From Lingula anatina (lineage: Eukaryota > Animalia > Brachiopoda): a stretch of DNA of 64,000 nt. The notes beneath the pieces were generated by a model. That model saw only the letters and a program-made list of their open reading frames with translations. It ran no database searches and was not told the DNA's origin. The DNA is taken from assembly GCA_051362555.1 (NCBI GenBank), contig CM120640.1, positions 48,214,788-48,278,787 on the forward strand. Direction: 5' to 3'. The position numbers and the translations under genes are program-made. Positions 34,701 through 46,700 of the stretch are shown piece after piece; position 1 is the first letter of the stretch, and each line of letters begins with the position of its first letter.

Positions 34701-37700
34701 GTTCAGAAGCAGGTGACTTACAATTTTCACAATAATCACATTATGAAAATTTTTTCTTGAAAGAAAACTGTCTTGAAAATTTGATAAATGATAAGTTTAT
34801 GTTATGTTTCTTTTTTTTAACACATTCATTGCTTAAGGTAGTATGAAACTTTTTAAACCTATATTTTAATCTATATCAGTGGATTGTGAATATGATATTA
34901 CAGACAGAAAAGGCCTTGCTCCAGTTGCAACAAGAAAATGAGAAGTTGCAAGAAATGGTGAAAAAAGCCAGAGAGGATCAGTGGAAGAATGAGCAGGATA
35001 GGATGGTAATGTGCACTTAAAACTTAACAACAATGACATGCAACAGTCTGTGACCACACTCTTTAGAATTGGTAGTTTAGTTCATCAGTTTTGGCTATGG
35101 TTAAACAACTATATTTAGTTTACCAGTAACTGTCTATAGGTCCAGTTGTCTGTAAAGTTTAGCCATTTTAAAGGTATTTGAATAGGGCTTATAATTAGTC
35201 TGGGTTATTTTATTTTACATGCCCCTCCATAAAGTTAAAAATGACCTAACTGAAGGCTTGTGTGATGTTTGGCTTTGATATCAATTTATGACGGGTTTTC
35301 TTCTGTTATAGAAAAATGAGACTACTACACTAAACACAGTCAATGGCATGCTAGAGGGAATGCTTAAAAATCTTATGAAAGGAATTGGAACACAGGTTGG
35401 TATCCATTATCAAATGTTTATAAAGGAAGAGTGATTACTGTTTTGTAATGAGGTCTGGCAATTTAATTCTAAATATAAAATTAGTTAAGGTTATTAGTTA
35501 AGAACTGTAATAAAAATAAGTTACGAATGGTCTTCTTGTACACCTGGATATGTTCAGTGGTTAACATCAAGTGGTCTTCATTCAGGTAGCATCCCAGAAC
35601 ACAGCATTCCCTGGCACCTCAATGACTGCATCTGGGAGTGGAGCCCCTCAACAACCTCCAGGCCCAGGGTTTTCTTCTGGTTCAGCATTCTTTCCTGGCT
35701 ATGGCTGGATTGGGTCAAATTCCCTTCCCCCTGGTCAGGCTTTGGCTCAGATGGCAGACATGCTAGCTGCTCATACCTTAGCCAATGCTAAGGGGCAGAC
35801 AATTAATCAGACTAGGCTTCCAGGACAGCCTCCATCTTCAGCAGCAAGATTTCATATCTCAGCACCCACATCATCAGCCAAACCAGCAACATTAGTGTCA
35901 GTGGCAGAATCAGTTTCTTCCTCGACATCATCTACTTTGTCACAGAGTCAAAAAGCACAGCAGCCTGCCATTGTTGATTTGACACAGTCACCAGTATTAT
36001 CCTCAGTCCCATTAACAAACAATGTAGCTTCCCAGCAACTCTCAGCATTAAGTGCCAGCCAGGCACCTATACCAAATGTAGACAGGTCTAGGTTGTATTT
36101 TACTACCACTGGTTCTCTGTGTAACACAAGCAAACTCAATGAATTGGCCAGTAAAACTGCAGATTCCAAAGGGAAGGGTGAGATGAAAACAAAGGGCTCC
36201 GAGGATTCTTCATTAACTAAGGTGGATGGTATCAAATCTTGTAATATCCCTAAGACTTCGGTTAGCAACAAAAATCAGGATGCTATCAAGGATCCTGTCA
36301 AGGAGAAAATGGAAAAAGATGAGGCTGAGAAGACTTCAGGTAATGATATATCTAAAGATTCTGATATAGAAATCCTTGACACATCAGCAGAAAGCTCATC
36401 ATCGGAGAAGGGCAACAAGAAATCCAACAAAGGTAAAAAGGGATCCGTGTCTAAAGAGAAACAAAAGGGCAAAAAGAAAATGGAGATCAAAGGAAGTAAA
36501 GGTAAACAAAAGAAAGAAGCATCATCAACAACAAAGAGGTCTCTCAGAGGATCAAAAACACATGAAAAGAAAGTTGAAAGTGATAATGAAAGTGAAATTG
36601 ACACAAGAGATGATGGAGATATTATAGTTGTGAGCAGCGAGGAAGAAGAGGAGAAAAAAATAGCAAATGGGAAAAGGAAGAAAAGATCACCTATGAGGAC
36701 AACCAAAAGGAGAACCAGGAGCAGAAAAGATGAGTCAGAAGAAAGTGAGAGTGGGGCAGAAGCTGATGATGATGAAGCAGATGATGATGAGGAATCTGTA
36801 GAAGGAGGGAAAAAAGGAAAGAAAAAGAAAAATAAGGTAAAGATTGAATTGGGTTATTACATTACATCTAGGATTTTTGCTAGACAAATTTGGGGATGTG
36901 AGAAAGGAAAAAAAAGGTGGAGATTGCATTGGGTTATTACATTTTATCAAGGATCTTTTTAGGACAACTTTGGGAAGCATTTGAGTTCCTTCCAAACTTG
37001 TTTTCTCACAGTTACTCAACATTGAACCCCATGAATTTTTAGTTGAGGTCCAAAGTAGCTCCCTATTTCAAAGTATTGTGGACACCTTGATATCAAGGTG
37101 CTTGCACTCCAGTGAAGTAAAATGTTGGTAAGTTTTGTTACTGAAGTAATTTTGGTCAAGACTGGATTTCAGGAAAAAGATGTATTTTGGATACGATTTT
37201 TAACCTTTTTTTTAAGAAAGAAGATGGCACACCTGGGCAGTACAAGAGGAGGGATATCCAGCGTCTTTTTAAGAGGAGCAAACTGAAGAAGGAGACATTG
37301 GAGGCCGAGAAAGCAGAAAAAGAAAGACTCAAGAGAGTTGAAGAGATTAAGAAAAAGGTGGATATTAAGAATTAAGAGATTTGTAGATATTTGATTTGTT
37401 AAACATGTGTAAAACATGTGTTTTGTAAAACTTGGATTCTTTAACTTTGCATAATAAGTCAATTTTTTTAGAGTGCAGTTTTATAAGCAAAAACAGTCCT
37501 CTTATTTAACATTGTGAAACAATAAGTAATCCAGCAGGAACAACAATACAACAACATTTGCATGCTAGACAGTTTATAAATGATTTATCTTGAAACATTT
37601 CTCCCATATTTTGTAATTGACAGTACATGACGTACTCTGTGTATCTTAATTCAGCACCATGTGGTCCAAGTCCCAGATCCCAAGTCCCCCAATAAATGTC

Positions 37701-40700
37701 CAGTGACCACCAAGCTAGTGCTGGAAATGGATGCCAATGGAAAGCCTGTAATTGAAGTGAACAGCAAACTGGCAAAGAAGCTCAAACCACATCAAGTAGA
37801 AGGTAATTTTGGATTTTATAAGACATAAATATTTAGATTTTATAAGACATAAATATTTGTTATGGCTGGCCTACAACCTGATTGTTGGTCATTGCTCACT
37901 GTTCGTGAAGTTGTTCACTAAAAGCATTGTTAAGTTGGATATTTATATATGTAATTTTTTGATGTTACTGAAATATGCCTTTTTATGTAGAAATAGACCA
38001 ATGGAATTTCTTATGCCAAGTTTCTGTATATTTATTAGCTTTGCTGAATAGTGAATTATTTTTTTTATGAAGATAAGGACTTATGTCCAACATTATACCT
38101 TTTATTTTAACCTATTTTTGTTTTTGGAACTGTCATTAAAGTGATAACATAGAGATACGTGGTTTTAAAAGCTAGCATTTTACAATAAATAAAAAATGCA
38201 GTCTTTCTTTTCTATTGAAAAAAATATCCGTTTTCTTTCCAGCTGTAGAGTTTCAGTGGGACTGCTGCATAGAGACCCTGGACACATTGAAGAAGGAAGA
38301 AGGCAGTGGTTGTATTCTGGCACATTGTATGGGATTAGGGAAGACTTTGTCTGTAAGCTTATTGATATTGCTCATCCCTACCTACATCACAGACACATTC
38401 TTCTGTTACTTTACACTCATGTAATTTACTATAATCAACATTTTTAACTTAGTCATTCTAAAACTGATGTTGTAATAACTAGGTAGATGGATTTTTTTTT
38501 TGCATGGAAATCTTGGGTTAAACAATATTCACGTGCTATTGTTCATTTATTTTATTGTTTTTTAGGCAATAACACTAGTCCACACACTGTTATCTAACAA
38601 GGTGACAGGGTTGAAGACCTGCCTCGTGGTGTGTCCTTTGAACACAGTGCTGAATTGGAAGCATGAGCTGAATTACTGGCTAGACAAAAAGGATAGGCTG
38701 AAGGTACAAAATAATCAGACTTTATACTTGTGCAGTAAGAGTGAATTTTAGAAGTGATAATAATAATAATAATAAGTACTTTCGTAAGGTAAAGCTGTGT
38801 TATATGTGCATTTCCAGTTTGCAAGAATCTGGATTTGTGCATTTGTGCTTGTGTCTCCATCTAAAACCTTGTTACCCATAAGGAATTTTACCTCTGTTCA
38901 GGTAGATGAAATACACCCTGAGACTTTTTGCATGTCAGTCATTGTTCCAACAGATTTATGACTGAATATCTCATCAGCAATAAGAGTTGTTGAATAATAT
39001 TGCAAATTGCAAATCATCTCAGACATATTAATCGCCTTCCTGCAGTATTATTATGCCTAAGTAGTTGTGTTTTTTTTTTAAGTCTCATACTACTGTTCCA
39101 ATATTACTCAATTTGAGGGCTGGTGCTTTAAACTGCACAGGTATTACACCAGTAATATGCTTTATCATAAACCTTATTATATTCACTTTACCTTCAAATA
39201 TTCCTCTTACATCTCAGTCTGCTGCAAAATTATCTTGTATTATTGTTCCATTTTCAAAAAAATGACTGGTGGTACCTATTCAGAAGGAAGCCCTTGCCTC
39301 TTTGAACTGCTGGTTTGTATTGTTTTCTTTTATTTATCCAGTATTTAAGATTTTCCTTGTTGCATGTCTTTATTGCAGGTGTACGAGATTGTCAGCGTAA
39401 AAGTCAACAAGGAAAGATCTGAGTTGCTGAAGAAATGGCATAATGGTGGAGGAGTCATGATCATTGGATATCAGATGTTCCGTATTCTGTCTCATTCACA
39501 TACAAAAAGTAAAGTGCAGAAGGAGATCTTCACGACTACACTTTTGGATCCAGGTAAGTCATATTCCACTGAACTTTATTTGCTAAATTATATCCATATG
39601 GCATTTGCATTTGTGCATGCAATTTTAGATTATCTTTGTGCTATATAAAAACAAGTTTTTTGTGAATGCATTTTATTAAGCATGTAGTATAACTTGAAGT
39701 GTAGGGAGCTGATTGAAACGCATTTTGACAGAATTTTTGTTGCTTTTCCCTTAAGGCCCAACATTATCTTCACCTTTTTTCAGTCATGCAGAGAACTTTA
39801 TCCAAATGCATACTTTGGATCAGTTTTTGATATCAGTTGGGACAAACAAAATTTATTACTGTCTCTCTTCATCAGGAAACTTAATGTGTGAACTTCAATT
39901 TTGAGTTTTATTAATGCACCTAATGTGATTAAGATGTTGCTACGTGTTACATTTTAGTAATGAAATGGTGATGACTCAATAAATTGACACACAAAATTCA
40001 CAACTATGTTTTTTTTATAACTGGAATCATCAGAGATAGTGTTATTGGCAAGAGCTGCAGGCTAAAAACATCCCAGGTTAATGATATCTGTTTTGCTGTA
40101 AAAGTTTTTCCTCCTTGTCTAGACACTGTAAAATGAGAGGAAGATGAGGGTGGGAACTGTTTCGGCTTTGAGATATTTCAGACTTCATGCAATCCTATTT
40201 TAGGTCCTGATATTGTGATCTGTGATGAAGGTCACATGCTGAAGAATGACAGCTCTGCCATTTCTAAAGCCATGAATAAAATCAGAACTTTGAGAAGGGT
40301 AATACTTACAGGGACTCCACTTCAGAATAATCTTTCTGAGTGTAAGGAAGGACTTTCATTGTTTCTGTTTTTGTTTACAATAGACTTGATACATTTATCA
40401 GTTTTTACTGTGACTAAGGTAAACACTTATGAAGTTCACCTATTTTTACTGTAAAATTTTTAATAATTTATTTTATATATATCATTTTAATTCCTTTTGT
40501 GAAGTGATGATTGATTTAAGTTATCAATTATATCAGTAGCTCCATTCATCTAATTTTGTTTTGTTAAGATAACAACAAACAGAATCCGATGTAATCTTTA
40601 TGTAAAATTTTATTACATTTTTAGACCATTGCATGGTGGATTTTGTCAAGCCTAATCTCTTGGGTACTCGCAAAGAATTCTCTAATAGGTATGGATGTTT

Positions 40701-43700
40701 TTACTTCTTAATACTAATTTCTTTGCTCAAAATTAGATTAACACAAAAAGCTCACTAAGTTAAGTTTAAATAGCACCAAAATTGGACATGACATCAGGCA
40801 AGTGCAGATTACATAATCAGATTTTAGCAGTTTTTATAGCAATGAGTCATACAATCCTTTAAACTACCACTTGCCACCAGCACCAGAATATCTTGAAAGT
40901 ATAATTTTTATTGTTTTAATTTTCCATTCGTTTCTGTGCCATTAGGTTTATCAATCCCATCACAAATGGACAGTGCTCTGACTCCACTCCGTTAGATGTG
41001 AAACTGATGAAGAAGAGGTCTCATGTTCTACATGAAATGCTGTCTGGGTGTGTGCAGGTATGCGGTGATTAAATCCTTATGGATGGATGTTAAATGCAAA
41101 CCAGGAGAATTGACCCACAAATAGCTCATTTAAAGCTTAGGATGTAATTTCTGTGAAGATGAGCAGAAAGTAATTTAATATAATTGAGCTGGAAAAAATA
41201 GTTGACTTTCAAGATATTTTTGTTTTGTGGCAAAGTCTTATTGATACATAAAATAGATATGTGTTTGCTTGAGGAAAACAATTTTATGTGTTCTTACAGT
41301 TTTAGTAAAAATACTGTCTCACATTCTCCTTTCAGAGAAGAGACTATTCTGCCCTTACCAAGTATCTTCCAGAAAAGTATGAGTACATACTGTCTGTCCG
41401 TCTGTCCCCCATTCAGATGACATTATACCAAGAATATCTGAAGCGCACAGGTCGCAGTGAAGCCGTGCCTAAAAACTTTTTCACTGGTGCTAGCCTGTTC
41501 CAGGACTACCATCACCTGCACAGGATTTGGACACACCCATGGGTACTGAGGCTGGAGCAGATCAGGCAGGAGAACAGGGTATGGGCCAGTTGCATGGCTT
41601 TGGTGAAATTGTGAAATTAACTATCAAGTTACCAGTTTTGTATTTATTGGGTTTTTTGTTTGTACTAAATGTGTGTCATTTGTGTATGGATTAAGTGTTA
41701 ATGACAGTTTAAACTGACTGAGAAGTTATTGCATTGCAGAAAAATTAGTAGGATATTTATAATATAAAAATATACACTAAATGTACTATTTGCATTAAGA
41801 CTAATTTTGTAAACATGTTTTGGTCATATGTTTTGTTTGGACAGATGGTTGATGATGGTGCTAGTTCATTTGCTGAGAGCAGTGAAGATGAGGAATCTGA
41901 AGAAGAGATTTTAGAGGAGGTGGAGTCGACAACATCCCCTAGTGACATCTCCTCTGAATCTGCCATGTCATTATCAGAATCTGAAAGTGAAGTTTCCAAA
42001 GAAGGCAGCCAGAAGAATAAGAAGTCACAAGGAAAAGTCTCTAAGGGTAGCAGAGAGAAAAATAGGAAAGAAGCCCTTTTGAAAGGCAAAGGAAGGGTTA
42101 GTAATATCCTTCTGTTGAAGTGAACAGAGCTAAGATATGTCAATAAATTATTCATCATCTTGTATAAGATTGAAGGCATTCATCCAGTGTCTTATTTTTG
42201 TAACAATTATGTATTCCAACCTTTAGTTATTTGTTGTTAATAAAAAAAAAACATCTATAACTCTTTGTTTTTCAGACTGAAAAGGATGTAAGTAAGGAGG
42301 ACACCAAGTTAAGTAAAGGAACAAGAAGCTCCTCAGTTCTTTCTGAAAACAAAAAGTCTTCCAAGCAAGTGCCAAAGAAGAAAGATGAAGACAAAGAGAT
42401 CAAGTTTAGGGACCTAGATGATGAGCTGAGGACAAGAATACATGGGGAATATGTGAGAGGATGGAAGTCACTAAGAAGAGGAGGAAAAGGTATATATTAT
42501 GTTATGAAGAAGTGGTTTATGTGGGGCACAGAATTCAGTATGTTTTTGTTAGTTTTAAAAATGTTTTAGAACTGTTTTTAGAACTCTTTATGAAGCCATA
42601 AAATATTTTTTTTCAAAATTATGTAGAAACGTTCTTACTTTTTAATAGGAAAAATGAAAGAATGAAGGATACTGTAAAATCGGTTCTTTAAAGTTAACTG
42701 AAATATATATGTATTAAACCAACCAAATATTCAGTAGAAATGGTTGTAGTTGATGACCATGCTGACTAATTGTTTCTCTTCACAGAGTTCATAGAAGAGG
42801 CACCAAAGGAGCGTGAAAAGGAGTGGTGGGAGGAATATATCAGAGAAGAAGACCAGCATGACCCAGCATTGAGTGGGAAGCTAATGCTGCTGTTTGATAT
42901 CATCAGGATGGCTGAAGCAGTTGGGGACAAGGTGCTTGTCTTTAGTCAGAGTCTGCTGTCTCTGGATCTGATAGAACAGTTCCTGGCACGCATAAATGAG
43001 CAGGCAAAGGCAGGAACCAACCTGAAGAAGTCAAAAAAGGTAAGTCAAGTTTAAGCTTCATTGTGGCTTTATGTGCAGTGTCACACTCCATCAAAGCCTA
43101 GAAGAGATTTTTTGGTAACTGGATACCAAAGTCTATGTAACAGACATAAACATTTTATATTTGCAAGTTATCTCATGCTGTGAAATAAAATGAAAATCTT
43201 GGAGATCTTTTTTCTTTAAATGTTTAGGACAGTTGGTAAATAGTCTGAAGTTGCTACTAGAAGGCACACACAAAAAATGGAAATGACATGTGCTTATGTG
43301 GTATTGACTAAAAAGTTGCAAAACTTCCTGTTTAAAGTAACTTTCTTGTAATTTTAGTAAATTCATGTAAATTTCAGAAGCTGAATCCATTGTATAATAC
43401 GTGGACCAAAAATGAAGACTACTTTAGAATTGATGGCTCAACGGTTGCCCAACACAGACAGAAGTATATGGGAGACTTCCAGGACCACAAAAATACAAAG
43501 TAATTACTGTGCTTTTTATGTATGGCCGTAAATGGCATAAATAAGATCAAAAAAGAAGAGAAATACTACAAAAAGGGTTGAACTCCCTAGCGAAAAGTAT
43601 GTTTAGTAGGTAGGTTTGTCTTGACACTTGATCTTTTTTCACATTTAAAGATATAAAGCACACAAAATAATTCCAGCACAGAGTAACTACACTATCTTGG

Positions 43701-46700
43701 CTTTATTTGTCCCAAATGATTCAGTAAAGTAGGTCCTAGGTGCCGAGGTTGTGAATGCCCCAGTTTTAGTGTGCATTAAGTGAGTCTGTGGATGCACACT
43801 AAAATCAGGGTTTCTAAAAGCTGAGCACATGTTATTTGGAGTTAACTTTGGATAAAAGAGATTAAATTTGAGTATTACCTGCCTTTTCAAAGTACTTTTG
43901 GTGTGGGAGTTTAACCCTATTGTATTATAAGGTTAATGCCAATTGTTTTATGTATTAAAGCTGTCAGAATTGCCTTCACAGTTATAAAAAAACTTGTATA
44001 AACTGATATAGATTGCTCCTCCTCAACCTTATGTCCCACATGAGTATCAACTTTCAATAAAGGGGTTTATGAGATAAATAATTTAAGTTGCGTAAGGGCA
44101 TTTTCATGTGAAAAATGAGAAGTACAGTCTCCAGTGAACTGTAAAACCCAGTCAACACATTTCCTGAGACATTAGAACTGGTGGCGAATGGGGATTAATT
44201 CAATATAGGAGACACTGGGGAATAGTAGGCTGGTGTATATGCACAACATGTGTGACTTAATGCACTTACTTAGCTATAGACTACTGCAACATACAGTGTG
44301 GTATTAGGCTGCATGACTGTTCTGTTATTTGCACAAGGGTTTTATTTGGCTGGGACTGTAAAATGAACTGTGAACACAAATTTTTAAAAAGAAAGACTGA
44401 CATGAAATTTCATTTGAGATTTGATATAATAATTTTGAATGTGTGTGTGGTGCGGGGGGGGGGGGGGGGGGGTTCTTTTTCAGTATAATTATTTTCACAT
44501 CTCTTCAGTGGTATAAAACAAAAATACTGTAGGTGACAGTATTCAGAGTATTATATTTTAATAAGTATATTTTCAATTTTATTGTATTTTAATGAGTATC
44601 GTTTCAATTTGTTAATCCAAGAGTTTTTCCCTAGTCCTAGTATTGCAGAAACTTTATGCAATAAGTGCTTCTACCATATACACAGTAATCTTGGAAATAC
44701 TGAAATAAGAAAGTAAGCTTTCTCCCTATGTTTGTAAATGCCATTCTGTATTTCAGGGGCCGTCTATTCCTGATCTCCACCAAGGCAGGTTCCCTGGGGA
44801 TCAACCTGGAGGCTGCCAACCGTGTGGTAATATTTGATGCCTCCTGGAACCCATCCCATGACATCCAGTCCATATTCAGGGTCTACAGATTTGGGCAGGA
44901 AAAACCAGTGTTTGTTTATCGATTTCTGGCACAGGTATGATAAATATTTATATTTTTATGAATTATACCCCTTATAGAATTCTAGACCTCTGGTTGGTCT
45001 GTTACAATGCCCTGTTCTTTACAATATGCTGTATTTTACTGTCATTCAATATCACTGTTCGCTTTTGAGTGACCCCATTTTTATGGGTCTGATTGGTCAT
45101 TAAAGGATGTTTTATTATTATTTGTCATATATGATGTCAGTTGCAACACATGTATCAAAATTATATTGTTGTGAAATATCTAAGTACATGGGGAACTATG
45201 CTCTATTTGTTTAATATTATTGTTTAAATCTGTATAAACGACTACTACTACGGGGGCCATGGAGGCTTTCCAAAAATGCCTTTTCTGAATAGCAACAAAA
45301 TTAAGCAAATCATGTGACTTTTCCAATTTTTTGTGTATATATCAGCACCTGTTCAGAGGGAGTAGTAACTCTTACTTTTAGCATGTGTGTGTGTTTGAGT
45401 GTGTCGGGAGTTTGTGTAGAAATCCTACACAGGATAAGCTGTATTACATTTTTTAGTCAATAAAATAGCAGTGAACAGAGCACAGTGTCTGAAAGTGGGG
45501 TATATTTGTACTTAGTTCATTTAAAAAAGATTTGTGCAAGTTAATCAAATTTGGTGTTCAGGCTAAGTAAAGACTTTAATACTGTTTCTGTATATTTTAA
45601 TGTAAAATGTGACATGTGGATGACTTGATGGGGTGTTGACAATATTCAACTGCTTTTCTTCTTTGTAACATATCTAAATCTCCAGTCAGATTATGCATAC
45701 ATTTGAGCATAAAATTTTACACAGTAACAAGTTTCAGTTTTGACCAGCATCCATAAAGAACTTGCAAGCAAGAGATGACTGAAGATAAATTTTTTTCTTT
45801 GAAGGGCACAATGGAAGAAAAAATCTACCAGCGTCAAGTTTCCAAGCAATCTTTGGCTCAAAGAGTAGTTGATGAACAACAAATAGAGAGGCACTTTTCT
45901 GCTGCTGATTTGGCAGAGTTGTACAGCTTCAAGCCTGAGAGACTGGACGATCCAGAGAGGAAAAAGAAACCAACTCCCAAGCTGCCAAAAGTAAATTGCT
46001 CTTCTTGATTAATATATCATTAGATACTAATTTTTCTTAAAGACAATAAATTGAATGTTGATTTTCAGGGGTTATGACATGCTTAAATTTATGATTTGTG
46101 GATATTTCAACATGTTCAATAACTGTTCATTGATTGTTTTGTTCAAGCCCTTTATTTTATTGGCAATGAAGTTTTCATTTAGCTGAAGTAGACAAAATGA
46201 ATTTGTGTTTTGTCAGTGTGCCCAAAAATAATATAAAGAGATTGATGCACTTGGGACACGTGCTAAAATGAATTCAAGTGGTCTACTGTTGAATTAATTG
46301 ATGCCAGAGCCCAGAAAGTGAACTTGCCTTTAAAATATTTTGGCTTTATGGTACACCATAACTATGTGCATGTTTAGTTTTAGAAATATTTTTGCCTTCT
46401 GATATATTATCTTTTGGTGACAAAATGAGAATTCTGATATTAAATATTTCCATTTAGATGTAAATTTAGTAAGTGTTATTCTTTTACGTCGTTTTAACAA
46501 TACTGGATTTATTGTCTTTAAGGTTCAACTTTGGTCCAAAAGCTTAAAAGGATGGATTGTTCATGCATGTGTCAAAGTGTATTTAAAACTATTATGTACT
46601 GTCTAATAAGAAAGAGTTTATATTATCTGAAATATCTTCAGTTTTTTCTTCTGAAATGCTGGCATTCTAGAAGTTTCTGTTAAAATAACACTATAGATTT

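Noticed and set aside
31774-36706. Minus-strand Phe/Leu/Ser-rich ORFs resembling membrane proteins
   Set aside because: Reverse complement of the Lys/Glu-rich ATRX-like exons
37624-37654. Alternative upstream acceptor for the ATRX-like exon at 37655
   Set aside because: Out of frame; leads to a premature TAA
37812-37859. 24-bp perfect tandem duplication
   Set aside because: Ordinary intronic slippage
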